Shown in pieces: positions 10,377 to 20,860 of a stretch of DNA of 64,000 nt (positions are counted from its first letter, which is position 1; each line of letters starts with the position of its first letter). The notes under the pieces were generated by a model. That model did no database searches, was not told the DNA's origin, and saw only the letters and a program-made list of their open reading frames with translations. The stretch covers positions 2,998 through 66,997 of the forward strand of contig JBAZLC010000001.1 in NCBI GenBank assembly GCA_041650415.1, given 5' to 3'. The position numbers were made by a program, and so were the translations under genes. The stretch is from Minisyncoccota bacterium. GTDB taxonomy: Bacteria > Patescibacteriota > Minisyncoccia > UBA6257 > UBA9933.

Positions 10377-11134
10377 TTTTTAAAAACTAAAGCGATTAAA
10401 AAGAAAAACGAGCAGACTAAAATAATAATCGGTCCGGCCGAGAAATTAACCGCCTGCGCCAATAAAATTCCGGAAATGCAGCTTAAAATTCCGAAGCCCG
10501 CCGAAAACGCGGCGTATTGGCGAAGATTGGCGCCGATTAATCTTGCCGCCGCGGCAGGAATAATCACCAAGGCGCCCGCTAAAAGCGAACCGACTATTCT
10601 CACGCCCAAAGCCACAACAACCGCCACCATTAAAAGATAAATGAAATTATATTTTTTTACGTTTATTTTATTCGCCGCCGCGATGTCTTCGGAAATCGAG
10701 CCCAGCGTTATTTTCGGATAAATTTTCCAAATAGTTAAACCTACTAAAACGCTCGCCGCTGCCGAAGCAATCGTCCCCCACAAAGAAACTTTTGAGATAT
10801 CGCCGAAAAGCGCTTCAAGGAGCTCCGGCTCGGGAGTTATCAAAAACCCCACGGCCAAGCTTAAAACGAAAATTATTCCGACCAACGTTTCCGCGGGCAA
10901 TTTTGTTTTCGGCTCCAAATACCAAACCGCCAAAACGCCGAGGAAAAGAAAGGCAAACGCGCCCAAAGAAACATTCAAACCGAATAGCAAAGCCAAACCC
11001 ATTCCCGGCAAAGCCACGTGGCCGAACGCGTCGCCGACAAGCGCCATTCTTTTAGTGAGCATCAAAGAGCCCACGTACCCTGCCGCTCCGCCCACAAAAA
11101 TTGCCGTTATTAAACTGTATAATTCAATTTCCAT
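10373..11134 (-). CDS. Metal (Zn/Mn) ABC transporter permease
   Basis: 253 aa ABC-3 family permease of ZnuB/MntB-like topology. Overlaps tsaC by 4 nt. Confidence 0.8.
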   Translation of the reverse strand: MEIELYSLITAIFVGGAAGYVGSLMLTKRMALVGDAFGHVALPGMGLALLFGLNVSLGAFAFLFLGVLAVWYLEPKTKLPAETLVGIIFVLSLAVGFLITPEPELLEALFGDISKVSLWGTIASAAASVLVGLTIWKIYPKITLGSISEDIAAANKINVKKYNFIYLLMVAVVVALGVRIVGSLLAGALVIIPAAAARLIGANLRQYAAFSAGFGILSCISGILLAQAVNFSAGPIIILVCSFFFLIALVFKK

Positions 11135-11529
11135 AACATTATTATATCAGAAAAATATTTTCTCGTTCATACGCTCCAAGCGTCAAATTAATAACTCGCT
11201 CATATACGCCGATTTGCGACCCTGTTCGCCTTCGCTCGGGGTACCCCTCAAATCGGCTACTCGCTCGTTTAATTTAAGACGCTTTCCGCGACATTCACTC
11301 TAAAAATATTTTTTCTGTCTTAATTTAAGATATAAACAAATCTTTTCCATAGCCAGCATTTTGGAGCGAGGTTATAAATTGATGAGCGAAAAGGAAAAAA
11401 GCGGGAAAATTGCGTTGTCTGAATCCCGAAGCGTAGCGAAGGTTGAGTTCGCTATTTTCCGTCGGTTTTTTACTTTAAGCGAATACAATTTATCCGAGTG
11501 GAGAACGCTGGCGGGAAAAGATTTGTTTA

Positions 11530-12219
11530 TTAGTGATGCTCATGTTTATAGAATTTTATTTCTTCGCCGTATAGTTTGCGGAAATTTTCGGAATTTAAAA
11601 CGTCCTGCGGCGCGCCGTAGCAAAAAAACCTTCTGTTTAAGCAAAGCGCCACGTCGGCGATTTTATAAACAACGCTCAAATCGTGCGTAACCATTATGAT
11701 TGTCAGGTCCCGCTTCTTTTCTATCCCCGCCAAAAGATTATAAATTGTTTCTTCGCCCTCGATGTCTATGCCGGCCGTCGGCTCGTCGAATATCAAAACT
11801 TCGGGATTGTCCGCCAAAGCCCAAGCAATAAGAACCCGCTGGAGCTGGCCCGAAGAAACCTCTCCCATTTTTTTCTTTAAAATCGCGTTGTCTTTTATAC
11901 CGACGGAATCTATCGCTTCGAAAATCTTTTCTTCTGATATTTTTTGAAACCTGAAAAATTCTTCTACCGTTAAAGGCACCGTTTTGTCCAATAAAAATTT
12001 CTGAGGCACATAGCCGATTTTTACGTTTTCTTTCCATTTTATTTCCCCGCTAAACGGATATATTCCAAGCAAGGTTTTCAAAAGCGCGGTTTTGCCCGCG
12101 CCATTGGGCCCCAAAATAACCAGATTTTCTCCGGCTTTCAAATTAAAACTTGCATTTTCTATTATTCTTTCTTTGCCGAAAGAAACGTTTAAATTTTTTA
12201 CTTCAAGAATATTATTCAT
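11530..12219 (-). CDS. Metal ABC transporter ATP-binding protein
   Basis: 229 aa. Walker A GPNGAGKT, signature LSSGQLQR and Walker B LIFDEP. ZnuC-like. Confidence 0.8.
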   Translation of the reverse strand: MNNILEVKNLNVSFGKERIIENASFNLKAGENLVILGPNGAGKTALLKTLLGIYPFSGEIKWKENVKIGYVPQKFLLDKTVPLTVEEFFRFQKISEEKIFEAIDSVGIKDNAILKKKMGEVSSGQLQRVLIAWALADNPEVLIFDEPTAGIDIEGEETIYNLLAGIEKKRDLTIIMVTHDLSVVYKIADVALCLNRRFFCYGAPQDVLNSENFRKLYGEEIKFYKHEHH

Positions 12220-12262
12220 CTCAAATCAATCTTATCAAAATTTAAGAATAATAAAAGCTAAT

Positions 12263-13465
12263 TTAAAACCTATTTCCTCTTTTTCTTCTGCTGGCCCTCA
12301 AGGCAAACCTGTGCGCTTCTTCGCGGACTTTTAAAAACAACGACTTCATATTGTCCATCAATTCTTTTACAGTCTTTTTTGTTTTTTTGGAAAAAACAAG
12401 CTTGTCGCCACCGTATTTTGAAACACCGACTATTGGAATATTTATATGCCTGTTTTCCAAAACTTTTGAAACAAAATCTATCTGCGGCTTGCCGCCGTCT
12501 ATTAAAATAAAATCCGGATGTTGCCACTCGTCATGGTTAAACCGCCTTTCCAAAACTTCCTGCAAAGCGCGCAAATCATCGTTCGCCGGCGCTTCTTTTA
12601 TCTTAAACAATCTGTATTGAGTATTGTCCGGCTCTCCCGCGGTAAAAACAACCATCGAGCCATATGTTTCTTTTCCCGTTAAGTGTGATATGTCGTAGCC
12701 TTCGATGCGATTAGAGAATTGGGAATTAATAATCGAATATTGAGGACTAAGAGGTTCGTTTTTTATCAACGAAACTTCCTGAATGTGTTTGAGCTCTCTC
12801 GCCTTTTCGGGATTTTCTTTTTGGAGTTTTTTCATTAAATTCTTTTTCTCGCCGCTCAATAACAAAATGATATTATTAATGTTTTTCCAATAATCTTTTT
12901 TGGAAATTGCGCCAATGCAAACTCCCGGGCACAAACCGATTTGATAATTAAAGCACGGCCTGCCAGATTTACACTGAGCCGGGTCGAAGGGAGTGCACGT
13001 GCTATACGGAAATATCCGGCGGATTATCCGCAAAGCGTTTTTTATCAAAGACAAACTTTGATACGGCCCGAATACGTAATAATTTTTCGCATCGATTTTT
13101 AAATTCTCCAGTTCTTTGCCGCGCAAAACAAGCGGTTTCGGAAAATCGTCTTTTTTGGAAATTAAAACGTAAATGAACGACCTGTCATCTTTTTCTTTAA
13201 CGTTATATTTAGGCCAATATTTTTTAATCAAATTGGCTTCCAGTATAATCGCTTCCAAAACAGAATCTGTCTCAATCCATTTAACGTCTTTTGCCAACTC
13301 GACCATCTCTTCTATGCGTGGGTCGTACGCCCGGGCATAGCTTTCCACGCGCTTTCTTAATAGCGTTGCTTTACCGACATATAAAATAACCCCTTTCTTA
13401 TTGATAAATTGATATATGCCGGGTTTTAAAGGAATTTTTTTAAGTTTTGCGCTTGTTAATTTCAT
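12263..13465 (-). CDS. uvrC: Excinuclease ABC subunit C (short form, no C-terminal HhH domain)
   Basis: 400 aa. Has an N-terminal GIY-YIG domain (GIYQFINKKGVILYVGKA), a Cys-rich linker and an RNase H-like endonuclease domain (EGYDISHLTG). It ends before the (HhH)2 domain. Confidence 0.8.
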   Translation of the reverse strand: MKLTSAKLKKIPLKPGIYQFINKKGVILYVGKATLLRKRVESYARAYDPRIEEMVELAKDVKWIETDSVLEAIILEANLIKKYWPKYNVKEKDDRSFIYVLISKKDDFPKPLVLRGKELENLKIDAKNYYVFGPYQSLSLIKNALRIIRRIFPYSTCTPFDPAQCKSGRPCFNYQIGLCPGVCIGAISKKDYWKNINNIILLLSGEKKNLMKKLQKENPEKARELKHIQEVSLIKNEPLSPQYSIINSQFSNRIEGYDISHLTGKETYGSMVVFTAGEPDNTQYRLFKIKEAPANDDLRALQEVLERRFNHDEWQHPDFILIDGGKPQIDFVSKVLENRHINIPIVGVSKYGGDKLVFSKKTKKTVKELMDNMKSLFLKVREEAHRFALRASRRKRGNRF

Positions 13466-15978
13466 TTAAGATATTCCCTTAAATACTTTCCGGTTTCACT
13501 GTGCTTGTGATTCGCGATTTCTTCGGGCGTGCCTTTGGCAACGATTTTCCCTCCACCTTCTCCGCCTTCGGGACCAAGGTCAATAACATAATCTGCAGAT
13601 TTTATAACATGCATATTGTGCTCAATTACTGCTACTGTATGCCCCCTATCAACAAGCTTGTTTAAAACCGTAAGTAATAATTCAATATCATGATAATGCA
13701 GACCGACTGTCGGTTCATCTAACAAGTACAGTGCACGGCGTCCCAACGGGTGCACAAGCTCGCGCGAAAGTTTTATTCTTTGCGCTTCTCCTCCCGAAAG
13801 AGTTGTTGCCGACTGGCCCAATTCAAGATACCCCAAACCGACTTCCTGAAGAATTTTCAGTTTGTCCGTTATCAAATAAATGCCGTCAAAATATTCCACC
13901 GCTTCGTCAACGCTCATTTCCAAAACCTGGGCGATGTTTTTGCCTTTATGTTTTACCGCCAAAGTTTCCCTGTTAAATCTTTTTCCATGACATACGTCGC
14001 ACTGAACCAAAACCGGCGGCAAGAAATGCATTTCTATTAAATTGAATCCCGCGCCCTGGCACGCCTCGCAACGGCCGCCCGCGACATTAAAAGAAAATCT
14101 TGAATGCGTGTAGCCTCTCGCCCGCGATTCTTCGAGTGAAGCGAAGAAATCGCGGATGGGAGTAAATATTCCCGTATAAGTCGCCGGATTTGAACGCGGA
14201 GTCCTGCCTATCGGCGATTGGTCCACCATTACTACTTTATCCAAATATTCCGCGCCTAAAATCTGGCTGGCGTTTCTAAGCGGTTCATTCATCCGCGCTT
14301 TAATCAAACTTAAATTCTCGTACAAAACATCATAAAGAAGAGAAGATTTTCCGCTGCCCGAAACGCCGGTGATAACCACAAGTTTCCGCAAAGGAATTTC
14401 AACCTCGATGTTTTTAAGATTGTTCGCCCGGGCGCCGATAATTTTTAGTTTTTCATTAATCTTAGTACGGCGATTTTCCGGAACTTTTATTTCTTTGTCT
14501 CCTCTTAAGTATTGAAGTGTTAAAGATTTTTCATCCTTTTTACTTTTAACTTTTAGCAATTCGCTTGTTTTGCCTATCGCCACCACTTCTCCGCCGTTTT
14601 TGCCCGCAAACGGACCCAAATCAACCAGATAGTCCGAAGCCTGAATTGTTTTTTCATCATGCTCAACGACAATGACGCTGTTATGCTGATCCTTTAATGA
14701 TTCAAGCGTTTTTATCAATCTTTCGGTGTCTCTTTCGTGGAGCCCGATTGTCGGTTCGTCCAAAACATAAAGCGCGCCCGACAAACGGGTGCCAATTTGC
14801 GAAGCTAAACGTATCCTCTGCGCTTCGCCGCCGGACAAAGTTTCCGCTTCCCTATTTAAAGACAAATAATCAAGCCCGACATCCAGCAAAAATTTTAAAC
14901 GGTCTTTAATTTCTTTTAAAGCGTTCTGACCGATTGTTTTCTGCCGTACGGTCATTTTTTTCTCGTAGCTTTCAAAAAACGCGTAAGCCTTGTCTATTGT
15001 TAAAGCGGTAACCTCATAAATATTTTTGCCGTTAACTTTTACCGAAAGCGCCTCGGGTTTTAATCTTTTTCCCTGACAATCCGGACAAATCGTTTTCAAA
15101 AATAAATCTGTTTTACCCAAACCATGACAAGTGGGGCACGCGCCATGTGGGCTGTTAAAGGAAAATAAGCGCGGTTCGACTTCGGGAAAAACAAAGCTAT
15201 CTTTCGGGCAGGTCCACTTCGAAGACAGCATGAATTCCGTTTTGCCTAAAATGATACTAACCAAGCCTTGGCTGTGGCCGAGCGCGGCTTCAACAGCTTC
15301 AAACATACGGCTTTCATCCGAAATCAAAAGTTTGTCTACGACAATATCAATGTCGTGGGCATTGTACCGGGACAATTCTATTTTTTCATGCAAGGAATGA
15401 AATTTGCCGTCTATCCTCGCTTCGCCATATCCAAGAGAAAGAAAATCATAAAGCAATTGATAATATTCTCCTTTTCTGCCTCGAACCACGGGAGCTAAAA
15501 TTACGGCGGTTTTTTCGCCCGACTCTTTAGCTTTGTCTTCGATAATGTCTATCATTTCTTCCAAAGAAAGTTTTTCTATTTTTGTGCCGTCGTTCGGACA
15601 ATAAACATCGCCAAGCCGGCTATAAAGCACGCGGAGATAATCGTAAACTTCCGTAAGCGTTCCGACGATTGAACGCGGATTGTGCGAAAGCGCTTTTTGG
15701 TCTATGGCGATTGCCGGAGACAAACCGATAATTTCATCGACGTCCGGCCTGTCCATCTGACCCAAAAACTGCCGCGCGTATGGCGATAAAGATTCTATAT
15801 ATCTTCTTTGCCCTTCGGCAAAAATAGTATCAAAAGCCAGCGACGATTTGCCGCTTCCCGAAACTCCGGAAAAAACCACCAATTTATTTTTCGGCACTTC
15901 AAGAGAAACATTTTTCAAATTATGAACTCTCGCGCCTTTTATAATTATTTTATCTTCCATTTTTTTATTTAACTTCAA
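13462..15978 (-). CDS. uvrA: Excinuclease ABC subunit A (compact, insertion domain absent)
   Basis: 838 aa. Two ABC modules (GVSGSGKSS twice, LSGGEAQR twice) and Zn modules ([16 protein letters not shown]). Little sequence lies between CPTCHGLG and the next signature, where E. coli UvrA carries a domain of about 110 aa. Confidence 0.9.
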   Translation of the reverse strand: MKLNKKMEDKIIIKGARVHNLKNVSLEVPKNKLVVFSGVSGSGKSSLAFDTIFAEGQRRYIESLSPYARQFLGQMDRPDVDEIIGLSPAIAIDQKALSHNPRSIVGTLTEVYDYLRVLYSRLGDVYCPNDGTKIEKLSLEEMIDIIEDKAKESGEKTAVILAPVVRGRKGEYYQLLYDFLSLGYGEARIDGKFHSLHEKIELSRYNAHDIDIVVDKLLISDESRMFEAVEAALGHSQGLVSIILGKTEFMLSSKWTCPKDSFVFPEVEPRLFSFNSPHGACPTCHGLGKTDLFLKTICPDCQGKRLKPEALSVKVNGKNIYEVTALTIDKAYAFFESYEKKMTVRQKTIGQNALKEIKDRLKFLLDVGLDYLSLNREAETLSGGEAQRIRLASQIGTRLSGALYVLDEPTIGLHERDTERLIKTLESLKDQHNSVIVVEHDEKTIQASDYLVDLGPFAGKNGGEVVAIGKTSELLKVKSKKDEKSLTLQYLRGDKEIKVPENRRTKINEKLKIIGARANNLKNIEVEIPLRKLVVITGVSGSGKSSLLYDVLYENLSLIKARMNEPLRNASQILGAEYLDKVVMVDQSPIGRTPRSNPATYTGIFTPIRDFFASLEESRARGYTHSRFSFNVAGGRCEACQGAGFNLIEMHFLPPVLVQCDVCHGKRFNRETLAVKHKGKNIAQVLEMSVDEAVEYFDGIYLITDKLKILQEVGLGYLELGQSATTLSGGEAQRIKLSRELVHPLGRRALYLLDEPTVGLHYHDIELLLTVLNKLVDRGHTVAVIEHNMHVIKSADYVIDLGPEGGEGGGKIVAKGTPEEIANHKHSETGKYLREYLK

Positions 15979-17800
15979 AATCGTCGTCTAATTTTATTAA
16001 TTCTTCAATTTTCTTGTTTATCGATTCCGGTTTTATGCCATGCTTTTTATTATATGCCATTTGAATTTTTCTCCTTCTCTCCACTTCGCTAACCGCTCTT
16101 TTTATCGAGCCCGTTATCGTGTCCGCATACAAAATTACTTTGCCATCAACATTTCTGGCGCAACGGCCCATTGTCTGAATAAGCGCCTGTTCGCTCCGCA
16201 AAAATCCTTCGCGGTCAGCATCTAGTATGGCGACCAAAACGACTTCGGGCAAATCAAGACCCTCACGAAGCAAGTTTACTCCAACCAGGACATCGAATTT
16301 TCCTTTTCTGAAATCGGTTAAAATTTGCGTCCGTTCCAGGGTTTTCGTGTCCGAGTGCATCCATCTGGCTTTAATGCCGTTTTTCAATAAGAAATCACTC
16401 AAGTCTTCCGCCATTTTCTTGGTCAAAGCGTTAACAATCGCCCGCTCTTTATTTTTCGCAATCTGCTTGAGCTCTCCGATTAAATCTTCAACCTGACTTT
16501 TATTTTTCTTTTTGTCATATACGGGCCGTATTTCTACCGGCGGGTCTATCAGCCCGGTCGGACGAATAATTTGCTCGGCAACGATTTTTGAACGCTCCAA
16601 TTCCCAATCGCCCGGAGTCGCCGAAGTAAAAATCATTTGTCCCGTCCGTTCTAAAAATTCTTCAAATTTAAGCGGGCGGTTGTCGAGCGCCGAAGGCAAA
16701 CGGAATCCGTATTCCGTCAAAATCTTTTTCCGGCTCTTATCGCCCTCATACATTCCCCTTACTTGCGGAACGGCAATGTGCGACTCGTCTATGATAATCA
16801 AAAAATCTTCGGGTTTGCCGAAATAAGCCAGTAAAGTATCGGGCGGGTCGCCCGCGAGCTTGCCCGACAAATGCCGGGAATAATTTTCAACTCCGTGGCA
16901 ATAACCGATACTTCTCAACATCTCGATGTCGTACCTTGTCCGCCTTTCCAATCTTTCAGCCTCAAGCAATAATCCTTTCTTTTTGAAATATTCCAATCTT
17001 TCATCCAATTCTTTTTTTATGTCTTTAATTGCCTGTTCCCTTCTAGGCTCATCGGAAATAAAATGCTTGGGTGGAAAAATAACTACGTCTTTCGGCTTTT
17101 CGTTTACTTTTCCGCTTACCGGGTCGGTAAGAAAAATTTCGGAAATTTTTTGATCTTTAAATTCAATTCTGAAAATCAAATCTCCGGCAGCGGGCGCAAT
17201 TTCAAAAACGTCTCCGCGGACGCGGAAGAATCCTCTTTTTAAAGCTCCGGTCGTACGCTCAAAATGCATCTTAACCAACTGCCTCATCAAATCGCCGCGG
17301 ACAATCGGCTGGCCGACTTCCAAACGAAGCGAAGATTTAAAATAATCCAAAGGCACGCCCAAGTTATAAATACAAGAAACCGAAGCGACCACAATAACGT
17401 CTTTGCGGGTCAGTAAAGCTTGCGTCGCTTTGTGGCGAAGTTTGTCTATTTCTTCGTTTATCATCGCTTCTTTCTCTATATATGTATCGGTAATCGGCAT
17501 ATACGCTTCGGGCTGATAATAATCGTAATAAGAAACGAAATAATTTACCGAATTTTCCGGGAAGAAATTTTTATATTCGCGATAAAGCTGCGCCGCCAAA
17601 GTTTTATTGGGCGCGATAACCAAAACCGGCTTGTTGAAATGGCTGATAATCGAGGCGGCGGTAAAAGTTTTTCCCGAACCCGTTACTCCCAAAAGAGTCT
17701 GAAACCGCTCGCCTTTTTTAACGCCTTCAACAAGTTTTTTAATCGCCTGCGGCTGGTCTCCGGAAGGCTTAAATTTTGATTTTAGCTTAAAAATTCCCAT
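15965..17800 (-). CDS. uvrB: Excinuclease ABC subunit B (no C-terminal UVR domain)
   Basis: 611 aa. Helicase motifs GVTGSGKT and DESH, and a beta-hairpin region. It ends at DDDFEVK without the C-terminal UVR coiled coil that interacts with UvrC. Confidence 0.9.
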   Translation of the reverse strand: MGIFKLKSKFKPSGDQPQAIKKLVEGVKKGERFQTLLGVTGSGKTFTAASIISHFNKPVLVIAPNKTLAAQLYREYKNFFPENSVNYFVSYYDYYQPEAYMPITDTYIEKEAMINEEIDKLRHKATQALLTRKDVIVVASVSCIYNLGVPLDYFKSSLRLEVGQPIVRGDLMRQLVKMHFERTTGALKRGFFRVRGDVFEIAPAAGDLIFRIEFKDQKISEIFLTDPVSGKVNEKPKDVVIFPPKHFISDEPRREQAIKDIKKELDERLEYFKKKGLLLEAERLERRTRYDIEMLRSIGYCHGVENYSRHLSGKLAGDPPDTLLAYFGKPEDFLIIIDESHIAVPQVRGMYEGDKSRKKILTEYGFRLPSALDNRPLKFEEFLERTGQMIFTSATPGDWELERSKIVAEQIIRPTGLIDPPVEIRPVYDKKKNKSQVEDLIGELKQIAKNKERAIVNALTKKMAEDLSDFLLKNGIKARWMHSDTKTLERTQILTDFRKGKFDVLVGVNLLREGLDLPEVVLVAILDADREGFLRSEQALIQTMGRCARNVDGKVILYADTITGSIKRAVSEVERRRKIQMAYNKKHGIKPESINKKIEELIKLDDDFEVK

Positions 17801-17921
17801 GTTTTTGATTTTTTAAACGCCAAAATCCCCCCGCTCTCGGCTTATATAGGGGGTAGTGGTCCGTTTGTATTTTTACCTATCTTACTCCAACCCGAAAATT
17901 TGGCAAGTAAACAATAAATTT

Positions 17922-18152
17922 CTAAAACTCTTCTGAAGAGTTTATGTATGCAGGGACAGGTAATCCCTTTTCCGCGTAAAATTCTTTTACAATTTCGTCG
18001 GATTTTTTTGCTTCTTTAATTCTTTCCAATCGCGGAATATAAACATATACCGACCATAACACAAAACACGAAAGCGCAATTATAAAAAATCCAACAACAA
18101 CGGAGAAACAAATTCTCTTAAAATTCATATCAAACGAAAAAAAGTCGTTCAT
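17922..18152 (-). CDS. Small membrane protein (hypothetical)
   Basis: 76 aa with one TM. A minus-strand hairpin plus T-run lies downstream. Confidence 0.3.
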   Translation of the reverse strand: MNDFFSFDMNFKRICFSVVVGFFIIALSCFVLWSVYVYIPRLERIKEAKKSDEIVKEFYAEKGLPVPAYINSSEEF

Positions 18153-18161
18153 ATAAATATT

Positions 18162-20312
18162 CTACTCTAAATGAATTTCTTTAGCAAAACCCTCAACCCT
18201 TGAAAGTAAAGCTGAATGACTTGTTAATTCCGGGTCGTTTTTTAAGGTTTTTTCGGCCGCTTCCCTTGCCGATTTAACCAGCTCGGGATCTTGGATTGAT
18301 TTCATCGCCAAATCCGGCAAACCGGTTTGCGACTGGCCCAAAAATTCTCCCGGACCTCTTATTTCCAAATCTTTTTCCGCCAGCTCAAAGCCGCTTTTGG
18401 CGTCAATTAAAGACTTTAAACGCCTTAATGTCGCCTCGCTTGAAGATTCGGAAAATAAAAAACAAAAAGATTGGTGCTCTCCCCTGCCTACCCGGCCGCG
18501 GAACTGATAAAGCTGGGCAAGCCCGAATCTTTCCGAACCCTCTATCATCATTATTGTGGCATTCGGAATATCCACGCCGACTTCAACCACGGAAGTGGAA
18601 ACTAAAACGTCTATTTTGTCCTCTTTAAACTTTTTCATTATCTCCGTTTTTTCGGCCGCCTTTAATTTTCCATGAAGCAGTCCGACGCGCAAATCGGGAA
18701 AGACTTTTTTGGAAAGCTTTTCATATTCTTCTTTTGCCGCTTTAGTTTCCCACAACGACAATCTTTTAATCATGCTCGCTTCTTGCTCCTCGGGCGGTTC
18801 AATGCGCGGACAAATTACAAATGCCTGCCTTCCTTTTTTAACCTGACCGCGGATAAAAGCGTATGCCTTATCGCGGTTCGCCGGCGAAACTATTTTAGTA
18901 ATTATTTCTTTTCTGCCTTTTGGAAGTTCTTTTATAATAGACAAATCTAAATCGCCGAAAACGGTTAATGACAAGGTGCGCGGAATCGGCGTTGCCGACA
19001 TACTCAAAAAATGAGGCAAGCACTCGGGGCTTTGATCCGCCAATTGCCCTCGTTGTCTTACGCCGAATCTGTGCTGTTCGTCTATAACTATTAAAGCCAA
19101 TTCTTTAAACTTAACACTCTTTTGAATAAGCGCGTGCGTGCCGATAACTATTTTAATTTCTCCGGAAGATATTTTTTTAATTAAATCCGGTTTTTTAATT
19201 TCACTCTCCAGTCCATCTCCATAAAATACATGCGCTTCGGAAGAAACGATTAATGCAACACCGTGGTTGAAATCTTTGAAAAACTTTTTAAAAGTCTGGA
19301 AATGCTGGCGCGCTAAAACTTCAGTCGGCGCCATGAAAGCCGCCTGGTTTCCGTCTTCAGCCACAAACAAACTGACGATTGCCGCTACAATTGTCTTGCC
19401 CGAGCCGACATCGCCCTGAAGCAAACGGTTCATCGGATGGGGTTTTTTTATATCTTCCAAAATTTCCCACAAAGAAGATTTCTGGCTTTCGGTTAATGGA
19501 AACGGCAATTCGGAAATTATTTTCTCGACTCTTTTTGTGTCTATTTTAAACGCCTGCGCTTTTTGCTTTGAAAGTTTCAGACGCTGGCGCAAATTCGCCA
19601 ATTGCAACAAAAACAAATCCTCGAAAGCGAATCTTCTTTTCGCGTTTTGCGCTTCTTCCAATTTCTCCGGGAAATGAATTTTTGAAAGCGCTTTGTTTAT
19701 TTCCGGAAAGCCCGAACTTTTCAAAATTTCTTCCGGAATCGGATCGTCTATTTTTTCGACGCTTTCAAGAAGCGGTTTCATTAAATACCTGAATGCCTTG
19801 GATGTAAGCCTTTTTGTTTCCGGATAAACCGGTACCAGTCTGCCCGTATGTTTGGTATTTTGCTGGCCGTCTTCCGCAATTTGCTGTTCTTTATAATTTA
19901 TAATTTCGTGGGTGGGATGCGATAAACAAATCCCGCCCTTTACTGTTTCAACGACTTTGCCCGCCAGATTTACAAGTTTTCCCTTTTTTAAAATCGTAAG
20001 AAGAAATCTTTGATTGAACCAAACCGCCTTAATGCTTCCACTGTCATCGGTAATCAGCGCTTCTATTATGAACATTCTTTTCTTCCAGGTGTAATGAGGT
20101 TTGATTTCGGAAATCACGCCGGAGATGGTGGCGATTTGACCGACTTTCAAATCGGCGATTTTTGAAACACTGGAAAAGTCGTCGTAGCGGAAAGGAAAAT
20201 GCCAAAGCAAATCCCTGACGGTTTTAATGCCAAATTTTCCAAGACGTTCGGCGAACTTAGGACCGACGCCGTAAAGATTTTCCAAGGAGTCATTAAATTT
20301 CACGTTAGGCAT
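18162..20312 (-). CDS. recG: ATP-dependent DNA helicase RecG
   Basis: 716 aa. N-terminal wedge domain and SF2 helicase motifs (GDVGSGKT, DEQH). Confidence 0.9.
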   Translation of the reverse strand: MPNVKFNDSLENLYGVGPKFAERLGKFGIKTVRDLLWHFPFRYDDFSSVSKIADLKVGQIATISGVISEIKPHYTWKKRMFIIEALITDDSGSIKAVWFNQRFLLTILKKGKLVNLAGKVVETVKGGICLSHPTHEIINYKEQQIAEDGQQNTKHTGRLVPVYPETKRLTSKAFRYLMKPLLESVEKIDDPIPEEILKSSGFPEINKALSKIHFPEKLEEAQNAKRRFAFEDLFLLQLANLRQRLKLSKQKAQAFKIDTKRVEKIISELPFPLTESQKSSLWEILEDIKKPHPMNRLLQGDVGSGKTIVAAIVSLFVAEDGNQAAFMAPTEVLARQHFQTFKKFFKDFNHGVALIVSSEAHVFYGDGLESEIKKPDLIKKISSGEIKIVIGTHALIQKSVKFKELALIVIDEQHRFGVRQRGQLADQSPECLPHFLSMSATPIPRTLSLTVFGDLDLSIIKELPKGRKEIITKIVSPANRDKAYAFIRGQVKKGRQAFVICPRIEPPEEQEASMIKRLSLWETKAAKEEYEKLSKKVFPDLRVGLLHGKLKAAEKTEIMKKFKEDKIDVLVSTSVVEVGVDIPNATIMMIEGSERFGLAQLYQFRGRVGRGEHQSFCFLFSESSSEATLRRLKSLIDAKSGFELAEKDLEIRGPGEFLGQSQTGLPDLAMKSIQDPELVKSAREAAEKTLKNDPELTSHSALLSRVEGFAKEIHLE

Positions 20313-20325
20313 TTTTTTATTATAC

Positions 20326-20340
20326 CACTAAGATTAAAAA
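20326..20340 (-). promoter_or_regulatory. Extended -10 promoter (TGGTATAAT) about 7 nt upstream of the recG ATG
   Basis: The minus strand reads TAGTGGTATAATAAAAAAATGCC. The -10 element ends 6-7 nt before the recG start codon, implying a leaderless or near-leaderless transcript. Confidence 0.4.
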
Positions 20341-20375
20341 ATAAACCCCGCAACATAATAAGTTATGCGTGGAGT

Positions 20376-20411
20376 AAAAAAAACGGCGCCGTACCAAAAT
20401 GGTCGTGCGCC
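20376..20411 (-). terminator. Rho-independent terminator downstream of the 110-aa orphan gene
   Basis: Minus strand: GGCGC...GCGCC stem with an inner ACCA/TGGT pairing, followed by eight Ts. Confidence 0.5.
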
Positions 20412-20433
20412 TTAATTCTTTGTCTATGCACAA

Positions 20434-20766
20434 TCACCGTTTTTTAATCGGGACATGCGTAGGAAGTTCGGAAAGCATCTCGCTGAGCATCCAGCCAGCA
20501 ACTCCCCATCTGGCCTCAATGCCCAACTTGAAAGAAACGAGAATTGCCTGGAAACAAATAAACTGATGACGCTGTTTTTCTTCGTCATTCAATTTCCATT
20601 TCCAGCCCGTTATATTACCTCCCAGATAAAACAATTTCCGGGCGTAACGAGACCACGAGTTGTCATTCTGAAAAACAGCCGGACAAATGTCTGCGAGCTC
20701 GCCAGCATTGGAAAGCCCGCCATGCGAGATGTGTTCCCCAGAAAACAAATTTTCTCCGTTTGTCAT
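20434..20766 (-). CDS. Hypothetical protein, GC-rich orphan gene
   Basis: 110 aa (MTNGENLFSGEHISHGG...). A consensus GGAGGG Shine-Dalgarno lies 6 nt upstream of the ATG and the gene has its own terminator. Local GC is about 50-55% against about 40% background. An ORF is also open on the opposite strand, which fits the high GC. Confidence 0.45.
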   Translation of the reverse strand: MTNGENLFSGEHISHGGLSNAGELADICPAVFQNDNSWSRYARKLFYLGGNITGWKWKLNDEEKQRHQFICFQAILVSFKLGIEARWGVAGWMLSEMLSELPTHVPIKKR

Positions 20767-20860
20767 TTCCGTCCCTCCGCTAGTTTAATGTGCTGTTGTT
20801 AACAATAAATTCTGTTTAGCATATTAATCAAAAAAAGTCAAGATATAAAACCGCCGCGGT

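Noticed and set aside
20434-20800. Possible RNase P RNA, tmRNA or SRP RNA in the GC-rich segment between recG and speH
   Set aside because: No P4/CR-I (GGAAAGUCCGG), tmRNA or SRP consensus could be aligned. The minus-strand ORF has a consensus Shine-Dalgarno and a terminator, so a protein-coding gene is the simpler reading.
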